Below are positions 8,044 through 17,979 of a stretch of 57,791 nucleotides of DNA, in pieces (position 1 is the first letter of the stretch; each line of letters begins with the position of its first letter). The notes below the pieces were generated by a model. It was not told the origin of the DNA, searched no databases, and saw only the letters and a program-made list of their open reading frames with translations. Source of the stretch: Flavobacteriaceae bacterium (GTDB lineage: Bacteria > Bacteroidota > Bacteroidia > Flavobacteriales > Flavobacteriaceae); the NCBI GenBank assembly GCA_002690085.1, contig NZDM01000069.1, forward strand, positions 1 to 57,791. Direction: 5' to 3'. The translations under genes were made by a program, and so were the position numbers.

Positions 8044-9708
8044 CTATACCCAAATTAAATCTTCCAGACTTGATTTTGAAACTAAAATAGTTTTTGAATA
8101 TTGACCATACGATGTACCCGTAATAGATATTAAATTATTGATTGTATCAAAAGTAACATTACTTATTTTATTAAAGTTAGCTTGTTGAAATTGTAAAACG
8201 CAGCTTTTCTTTAAAGTTTTCATATCTTTGCCAAGAACAATCCAATAGTAATTATGTTGAATACAAACCTCTTGTTTTTCTTCTACCGGTATGATTCGTC
8301 TTACTGTTCTTCTTGCTAAAAACCAAAAATGATCATCTATTTCTATACCATGAGAAGCCCAGTCTGTATGATCACAACCACTGTTTTTAAAAATAACTTT
8401 TTTATTGACAACCGGATTTGCGCTTGATAATGTAAATCTTGCAATTGTTATGTTTGGATGCCAATTAGTTACGCAATAATATTCATTGTCAACTTTAAAA
8501 ATACTTAAATCCCTTTCTTTAATCGGTACCCATGTCTTAGTATTTTGAATATTAAACTTGGAAGGGATATATACTGTGTATTGAGTAGAACGTCCAATAT
8601 TTGCATTAAAAGTTAATAATCCTTCACTAGAAGTTTTTGGGTCCATAAACCCCGAAATAATATCAGTGTTGCTGAATGGTGGAAGTGGCAAATCTGTTGT
8701 AAGGTTTGTTCGAGCATCATACATTTTAATAGTAGAAGCATGATGAGAATTGTCAACAAGTGTATAATTTTTTACCTTCAAATCATTCAAAGATGATTCA
8801 ACAATAAAAAGACCATTTGTTAAATTACAAACGCTAAGAACATTTTTCATGTTACCTATAAAACTTCCATTAGAAATATGCTGGGGTTTAACCATTTTAG
8901 GTTTAAATACATTACCTTTACTCCACAAAGTAGAATAATGATTGCTATTATGATCAATATGGTTTTTACTATAGTTATAATTAGAATAGTGTCTATAATA
9001 GTCTATAAGTTTTACAATTGGCACTCCGTTAAATAAAACATGGATCCATTCTTGTTCTGGTCCAACAGAGATTTTGTGCAATTTCATTCCACATGGAATA
9101 ACATTATTACTATTCGCTATATTTCCTATTAAACCTGGACCAGTTATGCTAAGCGGATTAATTCCATAAAATGAATGAAATACATTATCAACAATGGTAT
9201 CTATAGCTTGTTTTAAAACAGTGTGGCCTGGCTCAGCAGCCATAACAGCTTGCCATAATCCTGGAGCAGGTTTATTATGAGAATAATAATCTTCATCATA
9301 ATACGTTTCTAATCGGGAAAATTGACAAGGACCCATTTGTAAATCTTCAACTCGTAGAAACTTTTCTTTTCTAAGTAAATCCAGTTCATAACACAAAAGC
9401 TTTATATCGAGGTATATTCCTCCTTCCTTATAAAGCACACAGTATCTCCATAAATCTGCTTTGTATGCAGAAGGATTTAAACTATCATATGCCCAGAGTA
9501 CTTTTGTTTCAAAATTATTTTTTATATAATTCCTGCAATCATCATCATTAAATAAATGAAATGTTATATGTTTATTTAAATCTTTCATTGCTTTAAATTG
9601 TTCTAACCATACAAAATGCATGTCTTTCGTATGCCAAGTCTGATAAACATGTGGTGGGACAATATTTTCTTTTTTCCTGTAAGCTTCTAAGCTAGCTTTT
9701 TGATCCAT
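8044..9708 (-). CDS. Glycosyltransferase family 32 (OCH1/Sur1-like) with a C-terminal extension
   Basis: VPPHVYQTW, YKADLWRYCVLYKEGGIYLDIK, ITGPGL motifs. Confidence 0.88.
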   Translation of the reverse strand: MDQKASLEAYRKKENIVPPHVYQTWHTKDMHFVWLEQFKAMKDLNKHITFHLFNDDDCRNYIKNNFETKVLWAYDSLNPSAYKADLWRYCVLYKEGGIYLDIKLLCYELDLLRKEKFLRVEDLQMGPCQFSRLETYYDEDYYSHNKPAPGLWQAVMAAEPGHTVLKQAIDTIVDNVFHSFYGINPLSITGPGLIGNIANSNNVIPCGMKLHKISVGPEQEWIHVLFNGVPIVKLIDYYRHYSNYNYSKNHIDHNSNHYSTLWSKGNVFKPKMVKPQHISNGSFIGNMKNVLSVCNLTNGLFIVESSLNDLKVKNYTLVDNSHHASTIKMYDARTNLTTDLPLPPFSNTDIISGFMDPKTSSEGLLTFNANIGRSTQYTVYIPSKFNIQNTKTWVPIKERDLSIFKVDNEYYCVTNWHPNITIARFTLSSANPVVNKKVIFKNSGCDHTDWASHGIEIDDHFWFLARRTVRRIIPVEEKQEVCIQHNYYWIVLGKDMKTLKKSCVLQFQQANFNKISNVTFDTINNLISITGTSYGQYSKTILVSKSSLEDLIWV

Positions 9709-9754
9709 CTGATATAATCAAAATAATCAAAATAATATACACATTTTTGCGCAA

Positions 9755-12700
9755 CTAATGGTTTGATTTTGTTTTTTTAGACTTTTTTCTATTTCGCTTG
9801 GTGCCTTTTTTCTTAAGTTTTCTACCACGCGTCTTTTTAGCGCGATGTCGTATTTTTTTGGTTCTTCTTTGTTTACCTGCACCAACACTAATCATAGTTG
9901 GCAATGTTTGAGAAAATTGTTCAGCAGGATATTGTAACATTTCTTGAGCCCGAGTTGCATTTTGTTCAAGTGAAGTTGGCATTTGATAAAATTGACTAAA
10001 TGCTAGTGCATATTTAACTAGGTTTTCTAGTATAATTTTATTGTATTCTTCAGCTTCTTTTTGACTTTGTATTTGTTGTTGACGAGCAAGTTCAATCTGA
10101 TTTTGCTCTTGGGCATGTTGGATACTTTCCGCAACCAATAAGTTTGCCTCCTCTACAGCTTTATCAATTCTTTCACCAGTAATTATTGGATTATCATACC
10201 CATAATATGAATTAGGTACACTGGCAATACCAAAACACAATTTAGAGACGTTAATAGTACTTAGATCTCTATTAATAATTGCATTAGCTGCATTTTCTAA
10301 ATCATTCATTACATCTTCGATAAATTGTTCTTCACTCGTAAAACGAGGATATTCATAATCTAAAGAATCAGATTCATCAATAACATCCTCGGCCATAATA
10401 TCCTCTGCCATAATGTCCTCTGCCATACCAGCATCATCCATATCAATAAGGCCATCATCATCATCTTCACTGACTGATTTAGCCCATATTTTAAATCTAC
10501 CCATTGAAGCCCATCTTGCCACAGGATTTTTATTAAATAATATATCTGCCAATTGTGACTTCATAAATGTAGAGGAAGCATATGGAATTGTTATTCCTGG
10601 TGCAGGATTATATAAAACAATTTGTTTATTAACACATTCTGCTACATAGGGATATTCCAATAACCCTTGAAAATTAATAACTGGTCCAAATAAAGTTTCG
10701 GTTTCAGGAATATCTCTTCTAACATTTGATACGTACATATTATCATATGCATTCTCGAAAATCTGTACAACAGAAGGTCCCCAGATATCACCAATAATTG
10801 TCATAAACACTAATGCGGTGGCCATCGTTGTAGGATCTTGAGGTAATGTATTCGCCAATTTTTGTGCCAACTCTTCTAAAGAATTATTGGTAACAAGCTG
10901 CAAAACTTGTTCTTGCATATCAGGTTCCAAGTCGGGTAAATAATAATAAGCGATGTTATCTTGGGTAAGTTTGAAATAATTAGTCAGTTTCGTGATAATC
11001 GGCGATTCGAAATATAGTTGTAAGGTATTGATAACTCGAGTGGGTGGACCATAAACTAATCTATTAGCTGTAGCATCAACAAGACAGCCTTTTAAAAATG
11101 CAGCGCGGGCGAGATTAAATGCAGATTCAATTTCAAGTGGAAAAGTTTCAAGAACATTCACGTAATTATCAACAGTAACATCTTGATCTAAATCAATCTG
11201 TATAGTTGCATTTCGACAGTAACCAATTACAGTAGATATAATCGTATCAAAATAAGATTTAAGTGCTTCTTGTTCGCGAGTATCAACAACATCAATATTT
11301 CTCATATCGGTTGGTCCACCTAGTCCCCCTTTTTGTTTGCCGCCAACTGATCCAACCTGTCTAACCCGGGGTAATCCTATTCTACTATAAAAAATAGGTA
11401 GTAATTGTCTCCAAAGTGTGTTTGCAGCAACGCTAGATACTTGAATAAACAAGTTTACTGATTCTTTAATGTCTTTGTGTTTTTCAATTAGATCCTCGAG
11501 CTCATTACCTCTTCTACCTAAAGAAGGAGGTACCTGGATAGAAATTAACAATGCATTTTTAGCGATAACTGAAAGGTCAATATCATCATAATTAGTAGCT
11601 CTATCAGCAGATTTTTTATAACTAGCATTACCTCTAGTATTTTTGAAAAAATCGTTTCCAGTTTTAAGTAAGTTTACTACTCGGTTGTAAGCATCAGCAA
11701 TTTGTCTAACCGAAGTAACGACATCTTTTTGCATCGCTTCTTTATTACCATATTGCTCCATTACAATATCTAATGTATTAACTGCTTCTTTCATCTCAGT
11801 TATAATCACACTATTAAGATATCCCTGTTTAGATCCAACGATAGTTATCCACTCATAAACATAATGAAAAACATCGCCACAAACAAAACCTGGATTAAGT
11901 TTATCATAATCAATAATTACTTGTGGATCAGCATTACATATAAGAATATCAATTTGTTCATCGGAAATGTCACCTTCATCCTTAGTTAAATTAGATATCT
12001 CTTCAGAAGAAAATCCAATATCTATTAACACATTAATAAAGTTTGGCAATAAGGCTGAATATTCATCAGTATATTCATTCCAAACACTAAAAACATCTTT
12101 ATATTTTTCAATAAATTGCGGTAATTGATCATTTTGTTTTGCAAGCGGGAAATCATTAATGGCTTCAATTGCGCTTGCCGTAATCATTGGAAGCTGATCA
12201 CCTATCTTACGCGTGAGATCTTCATTCTTTTCAAGAATCAAACTTCTGGTGCTTGCAGAATTACAGACACTAGCTAAACACAAAGTAGCAAAGATATCTG
12301 TAAATGCAGTATACTCAGCAGGAATAGGATCTTCGCCCGGTACTAATGGTGGAGGATCACCAACTTTACCTCTGTATAACTCAACAGCATGTTTAGTTTG
12401 ATCACTCAAAATATTGAGACGTTCAAATATTTTGTGAGGCCCAGCTTTACTAGTAAAATGTAAAATAGGCAGAACTTGTTTTGCCATATCAACAATATTT
12501 ATAGATTCTGCCATATTAGGATCTGAAAGATCGGGTGATCTAAATAGCTGCAGTTTCCATCCTGTGGCTCCCCCAGGTCCTTCGTTGTGCCAAACACCGT
12601 TAAGACCATCTAATCTAGCTTTGGTAGAACAAAGATAATCTCCCGTGCACATCATTGCAGTGCCTACTTCTGTGGGACAAGTATTCATACTTGCAGAAAC

Positions 12701-14029
12701 ACTTTTAATTTGCTCCCAGTCGCCACATTTTTTAACATCCATAGCCAATCTCTCTACAAACAAACAAATATGTCCGGTCGTTAGGCCTGCTTGTTGTAAA
12801 AACTCCATCATTTCACCAATTTGCGTAGTAATATTCATAATTGATCCAAGCGATGGCTCAGGATTTGCAGCTTTAAAAGCTGCAATCATTCCAGGTGTAT
12901 TAGTTGGATTTTGATAATATGATCTTCTAATTGTACCAATTATTTCTCCAAGGTAAGGTACTGATGGTCCAGATGAGGGTCCATCACTTGAAAATGGAAC
13001 TTGCCATTCCGCAATGACCGGTTGAGCTTGTGGATCAGGTTTAAATGCAATTTTAAATCCAAAAGTAAATACATTATATGTATCGGCTACATAATCAATT
13101 GGTTTACCTTCTTCGTCATTAGACCTAATAAAATAAAATTGAGTGAAAACTCTTTTATCAGGTGAAAAATTAGCTGTATGAACATTAGCAGTAGTAATAA
13201 ACGTTTGTCTGTCTGTGAATGGAAAACAGAATGCGTTTCTAGCACTTCCCTTTTTACCTAATTGATGCATACAAGTTCCAGCGCTATCAGCAAGAACCAT
13301 TGGATTAATTTCGCTGGCTAATTGATCTAAGCAATCAAATAGTTCCTTTATAGAACCAGCATTAGCATCAAAAACAAAAACACCTTTTTTTATAGTATTT
13401 CTACCAGGATAAAGGTATTTAATTATAAAATCACAAATAATTCTTTGATTTCTTTCATTGTACATATCCCATTCTTGATATCTAGTATCCTCAGGATCCC
13501 ATTCAATTACTAGTGAACCAAAATTACTAGCAGGTGCCATAAGTAATTGATCTGCACCGACAGGATAATCAGGTATATTTATACCTTTTGCTTGCAACTC
13601 TTGCAAATCTTGAACTTTTGTTTGTGCATTTCTAAAACCTGTATATGGAAGCCATCCAAATGGTCGTTCACCAGGCTTACCTGCAGCTTCCCATTCAAAA
13701 TAAGAGTTTAATATGTGTTGAAATGAAGTTGTCTGATATTCATCTGGAAAAACAACGTTGGAGTAATGACGTTCATATGTGGAATACGCCCCGCCTCCTG
13801 TACTAGTTACTTCACCTCCAGTAATTTGTGATAAACCATAATTCATATAGTTACGACTAGTTTCTTCATCTACATAATCTGATGGATTATTAGCATCAAC
13901 TAACATATCACCTAGAGCAATCCGACAGAATGGTAAATCATCAGCTGAAGGTCTACCAGGTTGTCCCAAATCATGTACTGCGTCTGCTTTTGCTATGTTT
14001 GCTTGTGCCATTTGCTGTGGAGTAGCCAT
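9755..14029 (-). CDS. Large hypothetical protein (1424 aa), probable virion protein
   Basis: Long ORF; internal VGGKQKGG; C-terminal GAG followed by a Lys/Arg-rich tail. Confidence 0.75.
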   Translation of the reverse strand: MATPQQMAQANIAKADAVHDLGQPGRPSADDLPFCRIALGDMLVDANNPSDYVDEETSRNYMNYGLSQITGGEVTSTGGGAYSTYERHYSNVVFPDEYQTTSFQHILNSYFEWEAAGKPGERPFGWLPYTGFRNAQTKVQDLQELQAKGINIPDYPVGADQLLMAPASNFGSLVIEWDPEDTRYQEWDMYNERNQRIICDFIIKYLYPGRNTIKKGVFVFDANAGSIKELFDCLDQLASEINPMVLADSAGTCMHQLGKKGSARNAFCFPFTDRQTFITTANVHTANFSPDKRVFTQFYFIRSNDEEGKPIDYVADTYNVFTFGFKIAFKPDPQAQPVIAEWQVPFSSDGPSSGPSVPYLGEIIGTIRRSYYQNPTNTPGMIAAFKAANPEPSLGSIMNITTQIGEMMEFLQQAGLTTGHICLFVERLAMDVKKCGDWEQIKSVSASMNTCPTEVGTAMMCTGDYLCSTKARLDGLNGVWHNEGPGGATGWKLQLFRSPDLSDPNMAESINIVDMAKQVLPILHFTSKAGPHKIFERLNILSDQTKHAVELYRGKVGDPPPLVPGEDPIPAEYTAFTDIFATLCLASVCNSASTRSLILEKNEDLTRKIGDQLPMITASAIEAINDFPLAKQNDQLPQFIEKYKDVFSVWNEYTDEYSALLPNFINVLIDIGFSSEEISNLTKDEGDISDEQIDILICNADPQVIIDYDKLNPGFVCGDVFHYVYEWITIVGSKQGYLNSVIITEMKEAVNTLDIVMEQYGNKEAMQKDVVTSVRQIADAYNRVVNLLKTGNDFFKNTRGNASYKKSADRATNYDDIDLSVIAKNALLISIQVPPSLGRRGNELEDLIEKHKDIKESVNLFIQVSSVAANTLWRQLLPIFYSRIGLPRVRQVGSVGGKQKGGLGGPTDMRNIDVVDTREQEALKSYFDTIISTVIGYCRNATIQIDLDQDVTVDNYVNVLETFPLEIESAFNLARAAFLKGCLVDATANRLVYGPPTRVINTLQLYFESPIITKLTNYFKLTQDNIAYYYLPDLEPDMQEQVLQLVTNNSLEELAQKLANTLPQDPTTMATALVFMTIIGDIWGPSVVQIFENAYDNMYVSNVRRDIPETETLFGPVINFQGLLEYPYVAECVNKQIVLYNPAPGITIPYASSTFMKSQLADILFNKNPVARWASMGRFKIWAKSVSEDDDDGLIDMDDAGMAEDIMAEDIMAEDVIDESDSLDYEYPRFTSEEQFIEDVMNDLENAANAIINRDLSTINVSKLCFGIASVPNSYYGYDNPIITGERIDKAVEEANLLVAESIQHAQEQNQIELARQQQIQSQKEAEEYNKIILENLVKYALAFSQFYQMPTSLEQNATRAQEMLQYPAEQFSQTLPTMISVGAGKQRRTKKIRHRAKKTRGRKLKKKGTKRNRKKSKKTKSNH

Positions 14030-14095
14030 ATTTATAGTTTGTTGATATTTTAAAGTTAAAAATCGATATAAAATACTTGTTTATGAGATTGTATA

Positions 14096-14428
14096 ATGAA
14101 AGAATTAAAAGCTCAGTTAGTTTTTGGATGGATAGACTTTAATTGGGGTCTAATTCATCCTGATCACAGACATTATGGTCTTCATAAGAGACGTTTAATT
14201 ATAGGAACAACACATACAAAGGATAATGTTCCTCAAAATATAGTTTATGGGGTACCAGTAAAAATTGATGGGAATCGCTTATTAGTAGATGCTCTAACAA
14301 AAAGAGATATTACTGAATTAGCGGAAAGATGGAGTGAATCAACAGGAAGAGATTATATTGCACCTGATTATTATACAATTATTACTGGTGATTTGGATTG
14401 GTCAGATACAAGTGAATATTATCTATAA
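14096..14428 (+). CDS. Hypothetical protein
   Basis: 110-aa ORF; AAAATCGA promoter variant upstream. Confidence 0.6.
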   Translation: MKELKAQLVFGWIDFNWGLIHPDHRHYGLHKRRLIIGTTHTKDNVPQNIVYGVPVKIDGNRLLVDALTKRDITELAERWSESTGRDYIAPDYYTIITGDLDWSDTSEYYL

Positions 14429-14470
14429 AAATGAGACAACATATATCGTAAGAATTGTTTGTAAACAGAT

Positions 14471-15457
14471 ATGGCACAGCTAACATTAACACAGATGGGA
14501 TTTATAACAAAATCTAGCAATGATTATCTAGACTTTGTTATAAACTTTGATACTATGACTGCAAGTTTTACAAACTTAGCACCAAGTAAGAATCATATAT
14601 TAGTGAGTAGCATAAAGATGAGCAAAAGCACAAAAAAATCATGGAGAATATGGAAAATAGGCGATGAGGGCGAGCCTTGGAGTCCAGAAATACGTAATCT
14701 CAAGAGAGCACATAGTGTACCTGTATTGAAAAGCAATTTGCAGAAGGCAGTTCGAAAACAAAACAGGGAGGAAGCGGTGAGAACAGCACTAGAAATGCTT
14801 GCACTAGATAGAATGGAATTGTTTCGTAGATTACCAATAATATCAGTTGAAGACACCAGTTTAATTGAAAAAACGAGTGTAATTGTTTGGTTAATGATGG
14901 CAGGAGAAAGAGGACCTATGCTGAGAAAAATCGCTGAGTTTGTAGCAAGATATGTAATTAGTTTATGTGATTGTCCAACTTACTTTCCTAATCAATTTAT
15001 GGAAAATAGTCAAAGTCATTCTGAGTTAATAAAAACAGATTATGGAGGTGATATTGCTAGTCTAAGAATAAGAGAGTCTTATGGCGGTATGAAGGGGGAT
15101 ATGTCAATGTTATCTAATGCAGTAGCCTATTATAGTGATACCCCTGCAAATGTTTACTCATTAGTAAATAGTAGTTTTGAGTTACCCAATATATTAGATT
15201 TTGATCACATTGTATTGCCTGAAGCAATAGACTTTCATCCATGTTCCTGGATTCTTAAGAAATTAACTGAAAAAACAGCACTAGACAACGGATCACTTAG
15301 AACTATAATATGGATTGGTGATTCTGCAGCAAATGTAAGAAAACAATGGACAATAGATAAACAAAAAGCAATGAGAAAGGACGAGGATTACATAAAGGTT
15401 TCATATCATCTGAAGATGATAAGAAGCAATATTGAAAAAAGTAGATACAAGAGTTAG
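14471..15457 (+). CDS. Hypothetical protein with an MgsA/RarA C-terminal-like helical motif
   Basis: LKSNLQKAVRK ... RRLPIISVED resembles the RarA S-x-x-x-K-S-x-R ... RRL-x-x-x-x-ED pattern; no Walker A motif seen. Confidence 0.5.
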   Translation: MAQLTLTQMGFITKSSNDYLDFVINFDTMTASFTNLAPSKNHILVSSIKMSKSTKKSWRIWKIGDEGEPWSPEIRNLKRAHSVPVLKSNLQKAVRKQNREEAVRTALEMLALDRMELFRRLPIISVEDTSLIEKTSVIVWLMMAGERGPMLRKIAEFVARYVISLCDCPTYFPNQFMENSQSHSELIKTDYGGDIASLRIRESYGGMKGDMSMLSNAVAYYSDTPANVYSLVNSSFELPNILDFDHIVLPEAIDFHPCSWILKKLTEKTALDNGSLRTIIWIGDSAANVRKQWTIDKQKAMRKDEDYIKVSYHLKMIRSNIEKSRYKS

Positions 15458-15469
15458 CAATTATAAGAA

Positions 15470-16834
15470 TTAGCGTCTTCTTGTCCGACGCGTATTTTTC
15501 TTTTTACCACGCCTAGACTTTTTATGAGCAGTTTTTCTTTTTGGTTTTCTTTTCGGCTTTCTTTTCTTTTTGGTAGCTGATTTCTTAGTTAATCTTTTAT
15601 TACGGTATCGTCTTGTTTTGCGTCTACGACCACCCCCTTTTTCTTCAGTTTCAGGAATAGTATAAAGCTGAGATTCTTTCGCTATTCTCTCTGCATTTCT
15701 AACAGATTGCACTCCAGATAATCCGATTGCATTACGACCGTGTGTTCTTTGAACATCAGTCCAGCCAGTTTGGCGCGCCTTATAAGTATCATCAATTAAT
15801 CCAGGACCTGCCATAGTTCCTGCTAAACGAGGAGAACGTCTATCAGGCTCCGAAGGCGGACCTAGAGATAAAGGACGACTATCATCAAAATCTTCTTCAA
15901 AGATTGGAAGACGATCGGTTAGTTTTAAACCCTGTCTAACAGAATTAGCCAAAGCTATTACGTACCTAGGATGGAGTAATCCTTTATAAAGTTCTTGCAA
16001 TTTTTCAATATCCCCATCAGCACATAGAAGTCGGATTTTAGATGCCGACATACTACCGTCAGCAATAGCTTCAGCTGCTGCAATAGCTGGCTCAGCGTCT
16101 TCATCTCCTATATCTTCGGCTTGTTGGGAGTTTCTAGCCGTGTTAATACGTTCTAACTTAACACATTTTACTTTTGCACCTTCATCATTTTCTGTATCAG
16201 AGTCTTGACAAAACTTGCTTCTTCTGGCCATTTCAGATGGATCTTCATCTACCCCCATAAAGAAAAATACCTTATCATATTTTTTTGGTTTAGAAAGCAT
16301 GAGGGCACACTTGATTGCAGAAGCAGGACCAAATGAAGCACACCAGCTTTCACTACCAATTGTTTGGCATACAATCCAATTATTGAGTATAGATTTTGAA
16401 ACCATAATATCATTATTTTCACTCAAAGATAATTCATTACCAAGCATTTCAACAACATATCTTTTTTTTTGTTCAGGTTCAAGTGGATTTTCAAGTTGTT
16501 TATCTTTTACATAAAATGTACCCTGTTTCATTTCTTCAATTGTGGTTTTTTCTTTAACGATTCTCTCAACATTATTGTACATTAAAGCTTTTGCTCCTGA
16601 GAGATAAGAAATACGCTTTTTATTTGTGGAATTAGTAAGAAATAACCTAGGTGCAATGCTAGCATCTTTTGCAAGCCTATCTAATGAGAGTTCTGAACTA
16701 TCAATCTCTAATACTTCAAGACATTTCTCTCTTAGAGCTTTTAGAAATGGAACGCAAAGCCCTCTTATATGACCAGGTGTAGGAGGATTCATGCGTCCAA
16801 CCAAGAACATAACATATTCTTTTTCATAAGACAT
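15470..16834 (-). CDS. HIGH-superfamily nucleotidyltransferase (cytidylyltransferase-like) with a basic tail
   Basis: N-terminal GRMNPPTPGH, downstream MSASKIR; ends in KGGG plus an Arg/Lys tail. Confidence 0.7.
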   Translation of the reverse strand: MSYEKEYVMFLVGRMNPPTPGHIRGLCVPFLKALREKCLEVLEIDSSELSLDRLAKDASIAPRLFLTNSTNKKRISYLSGAKALMYNNVERIVKEKTTIEEMKQGTFYVKDKQLENPLEPEQKKRYVVEMLGNELSLSENNDIMVSKSILNNWIVCQTIGSESWCASFGPASAIKCALMLSKPKKYDKVFFFMGVDEDPSEMARRSKFCQDSDTENDEGAKVKCVKLERINTARNSQQAEDIGDEDAEPAIAAAEAIADGSMSASKIRLLCADGDIEKLQELYKGLLHPRYVIALANSVRQGLKLTDRLPIFEEDFDDSRPLSLGPPSEPDRRSPRLAGTMAGPGLIDDTYKARQTGWTDVQRTHGRNAIGLSGVQSVRNAERIAKESQLYTIPETEEKGGGRRRKTRRYRNKRLTKKSATKKKRKPKRKPKRKTAHKKSRRGKKKNTRRTRRR

Positions 16835-16938
16835 AACTATATTTAGAAGTGATTTTAAAATATGATGTAACCTATTTTAGTAACAAGTATATCGGTATGT
16901 AAATAGACCTAAAGATAACCCTAATTAGATTAGTGTAA

Positions 16939-16946
16939 AAAATTGA
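16939..16946 (+). promoter_or_regulatory. AAAATTGA motif upstream of a structured leader and tRNA cluster
   Basis: Exact octamer. Confidence 0.7.
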
Positions 16947-16974
16947 AATCAAATATTCTTTTATAAAGATACAT

Positions 16975-17114
16975 TGGGGACTTGGGCGTTGTTTACAGGT
17001 GTCGAACGTATCCCATGCCCTGGCAGCCTATTGTCGATCCTGTTAATGTACGGGAGGGCCTTCAAGCCCAAATAGGCCAAACCTGTCGCCCTGAGTAAGG
17101 CGTAAAAGTGCTCA
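16975..17114 (+). ncRNA. Putative multi-pseudoknot RNA upstream of tRNA-Arg (element B)
   Basis: TTGGGC 16982-87/GCCCAA 17066-71; ACAGGT 16995-17000/ACCTGT 17081-86; GCCTAT 17026-31/ATAGGC 17072-77; TCCTGT/ACGGGA. H-type pseudoknot CGCC/GGCG with TGAGTA/TGCTCA. Confidence 0.55.
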
Positions 17115-17117
17115 TCT

Positions 17118-17190
17118 GTCCTCGTGGCGCAATGGATAGCGCGTTCGACTTCTAATCGAAAGGTTGTGGGTTCGAATCCCACCGGGGACT
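17118..17190 (+). tRNA. tRNA-Arg(TCT)
   Basis: Acceptor GTCCTCG/CGGGGAC; anticodon arm TTCGA-CT-TCT-AA-TCGAA; T-loop TTCGAAT; no encoded CCA. Confidence 0.97.
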
Positions 17191-17213
17191 GCATTTTTCA
17201 TTTTTTCATTTGG

Positions 17214-17286
17214 GCTCCGTTGGTGTAGTTGGTTATCACCGTGGACTCTGAATCCACTGACCCCGGTTCGAATCCGGGACGGAGCT
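17214..17286 (+). tRNA. tRNA-Gln(CTG)
   Basis: Acceptor GCTCCGT/ACGGAGC; anticodon arm GTGGA-CT-CTG-AA-TCCAC. Confidence 0.96.
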
Positions 17287-17292
17287 CTATGT

Positions 17293-17364
17293 GCTCTCTT
17301 AGTGTAGTGGTTATCACAGTGGACTTTGAATCCACTGACCCCGGTTCAAATCCGGGAGAGAGCT
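17293..17364 (+). tRNA. tRNA-Gln(TTG)
   Basis: Acceptor GCTCTCT/AGAGAGC; anticodon arm GTGGA-CT-TTG-AA-TCCAC. Confidence 0.96.
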
Positions 17365-17416
17365 TGTGATGATTTCACATCATTTTTTTTATGTTGTGAA
17401 ATAAGTATTTTATAAT

Positions 17417-17833
17417 TTAAAGTTTTTTTATTCCTTCGTAGCAACAATCACATATCCAGTCCCATTTTCCATTTGTCCAACTCATACATCCATAATGATC
17501 ATTATCGCCACATTTTACACATATTCTCTCTAGGTAACAGGCAATATTGTTAGAAAGATGAGGAAAGAAGTGATCATAGGTAAGCCCATTAGCATCATAA
17601 TCAAACTCAAATGTCCATGGTATAATATCTTGCCATTTTGACAGAAAGAACATCATTGGTAGACAGTATATTTCATCTTTACCAGAGAGATTGAAATCTT
17701 CATTAGCTTGATCATAATAGTAGGTTGTTAAAGAATCATAATCTTTTGCGTATTGACTAAACTCATCATAAATAAGTTTGGATAATGTATCGACTTTGGT
17801 AAGACATTCAGAGAGATTTTTGATATTTGACAT
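17417..17833 (-). CDS. Hypothetical protein with a C-terminal Cys cluster
   Basis: 138 aa, CVKC..C..CDCC; AAAATTGA on the minus strand at 17869-17876. Confidence 0.65.
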   Translation of the reverse strand: MSNIKNLSECLTKVDTLSKLIYDEFSQYAKDYDSLTTYYYDQANEDFNLSGKDEIYCLPMMFFLSKWQDIIPWTFEFDYDANGLTYDHFFPHLSNNIACYLERICVKCGDNDHYGCMSWTNGKWDWICDCCYEGIKKL

Positions 17834-17979
17834 GGTTAATGAACATCACATAACTAACAAATTAGTTTTCAATTTTTAAGACCTGCAGTTAATTACAAGT
17901 GTATAAATCTCGATTAAAAATATTACACTATTCACATAAAAAAAGCCTTTCGGCAATTTTTTTATTATTTATTTTTTGT

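Noticed and set aside
16961-17194. 77-aa minus-strand ORF
   Set aside because: Antisense to tRNA-Arg and element B; the GFEPTTFRL translation is typical of a tRNA reverse complement.
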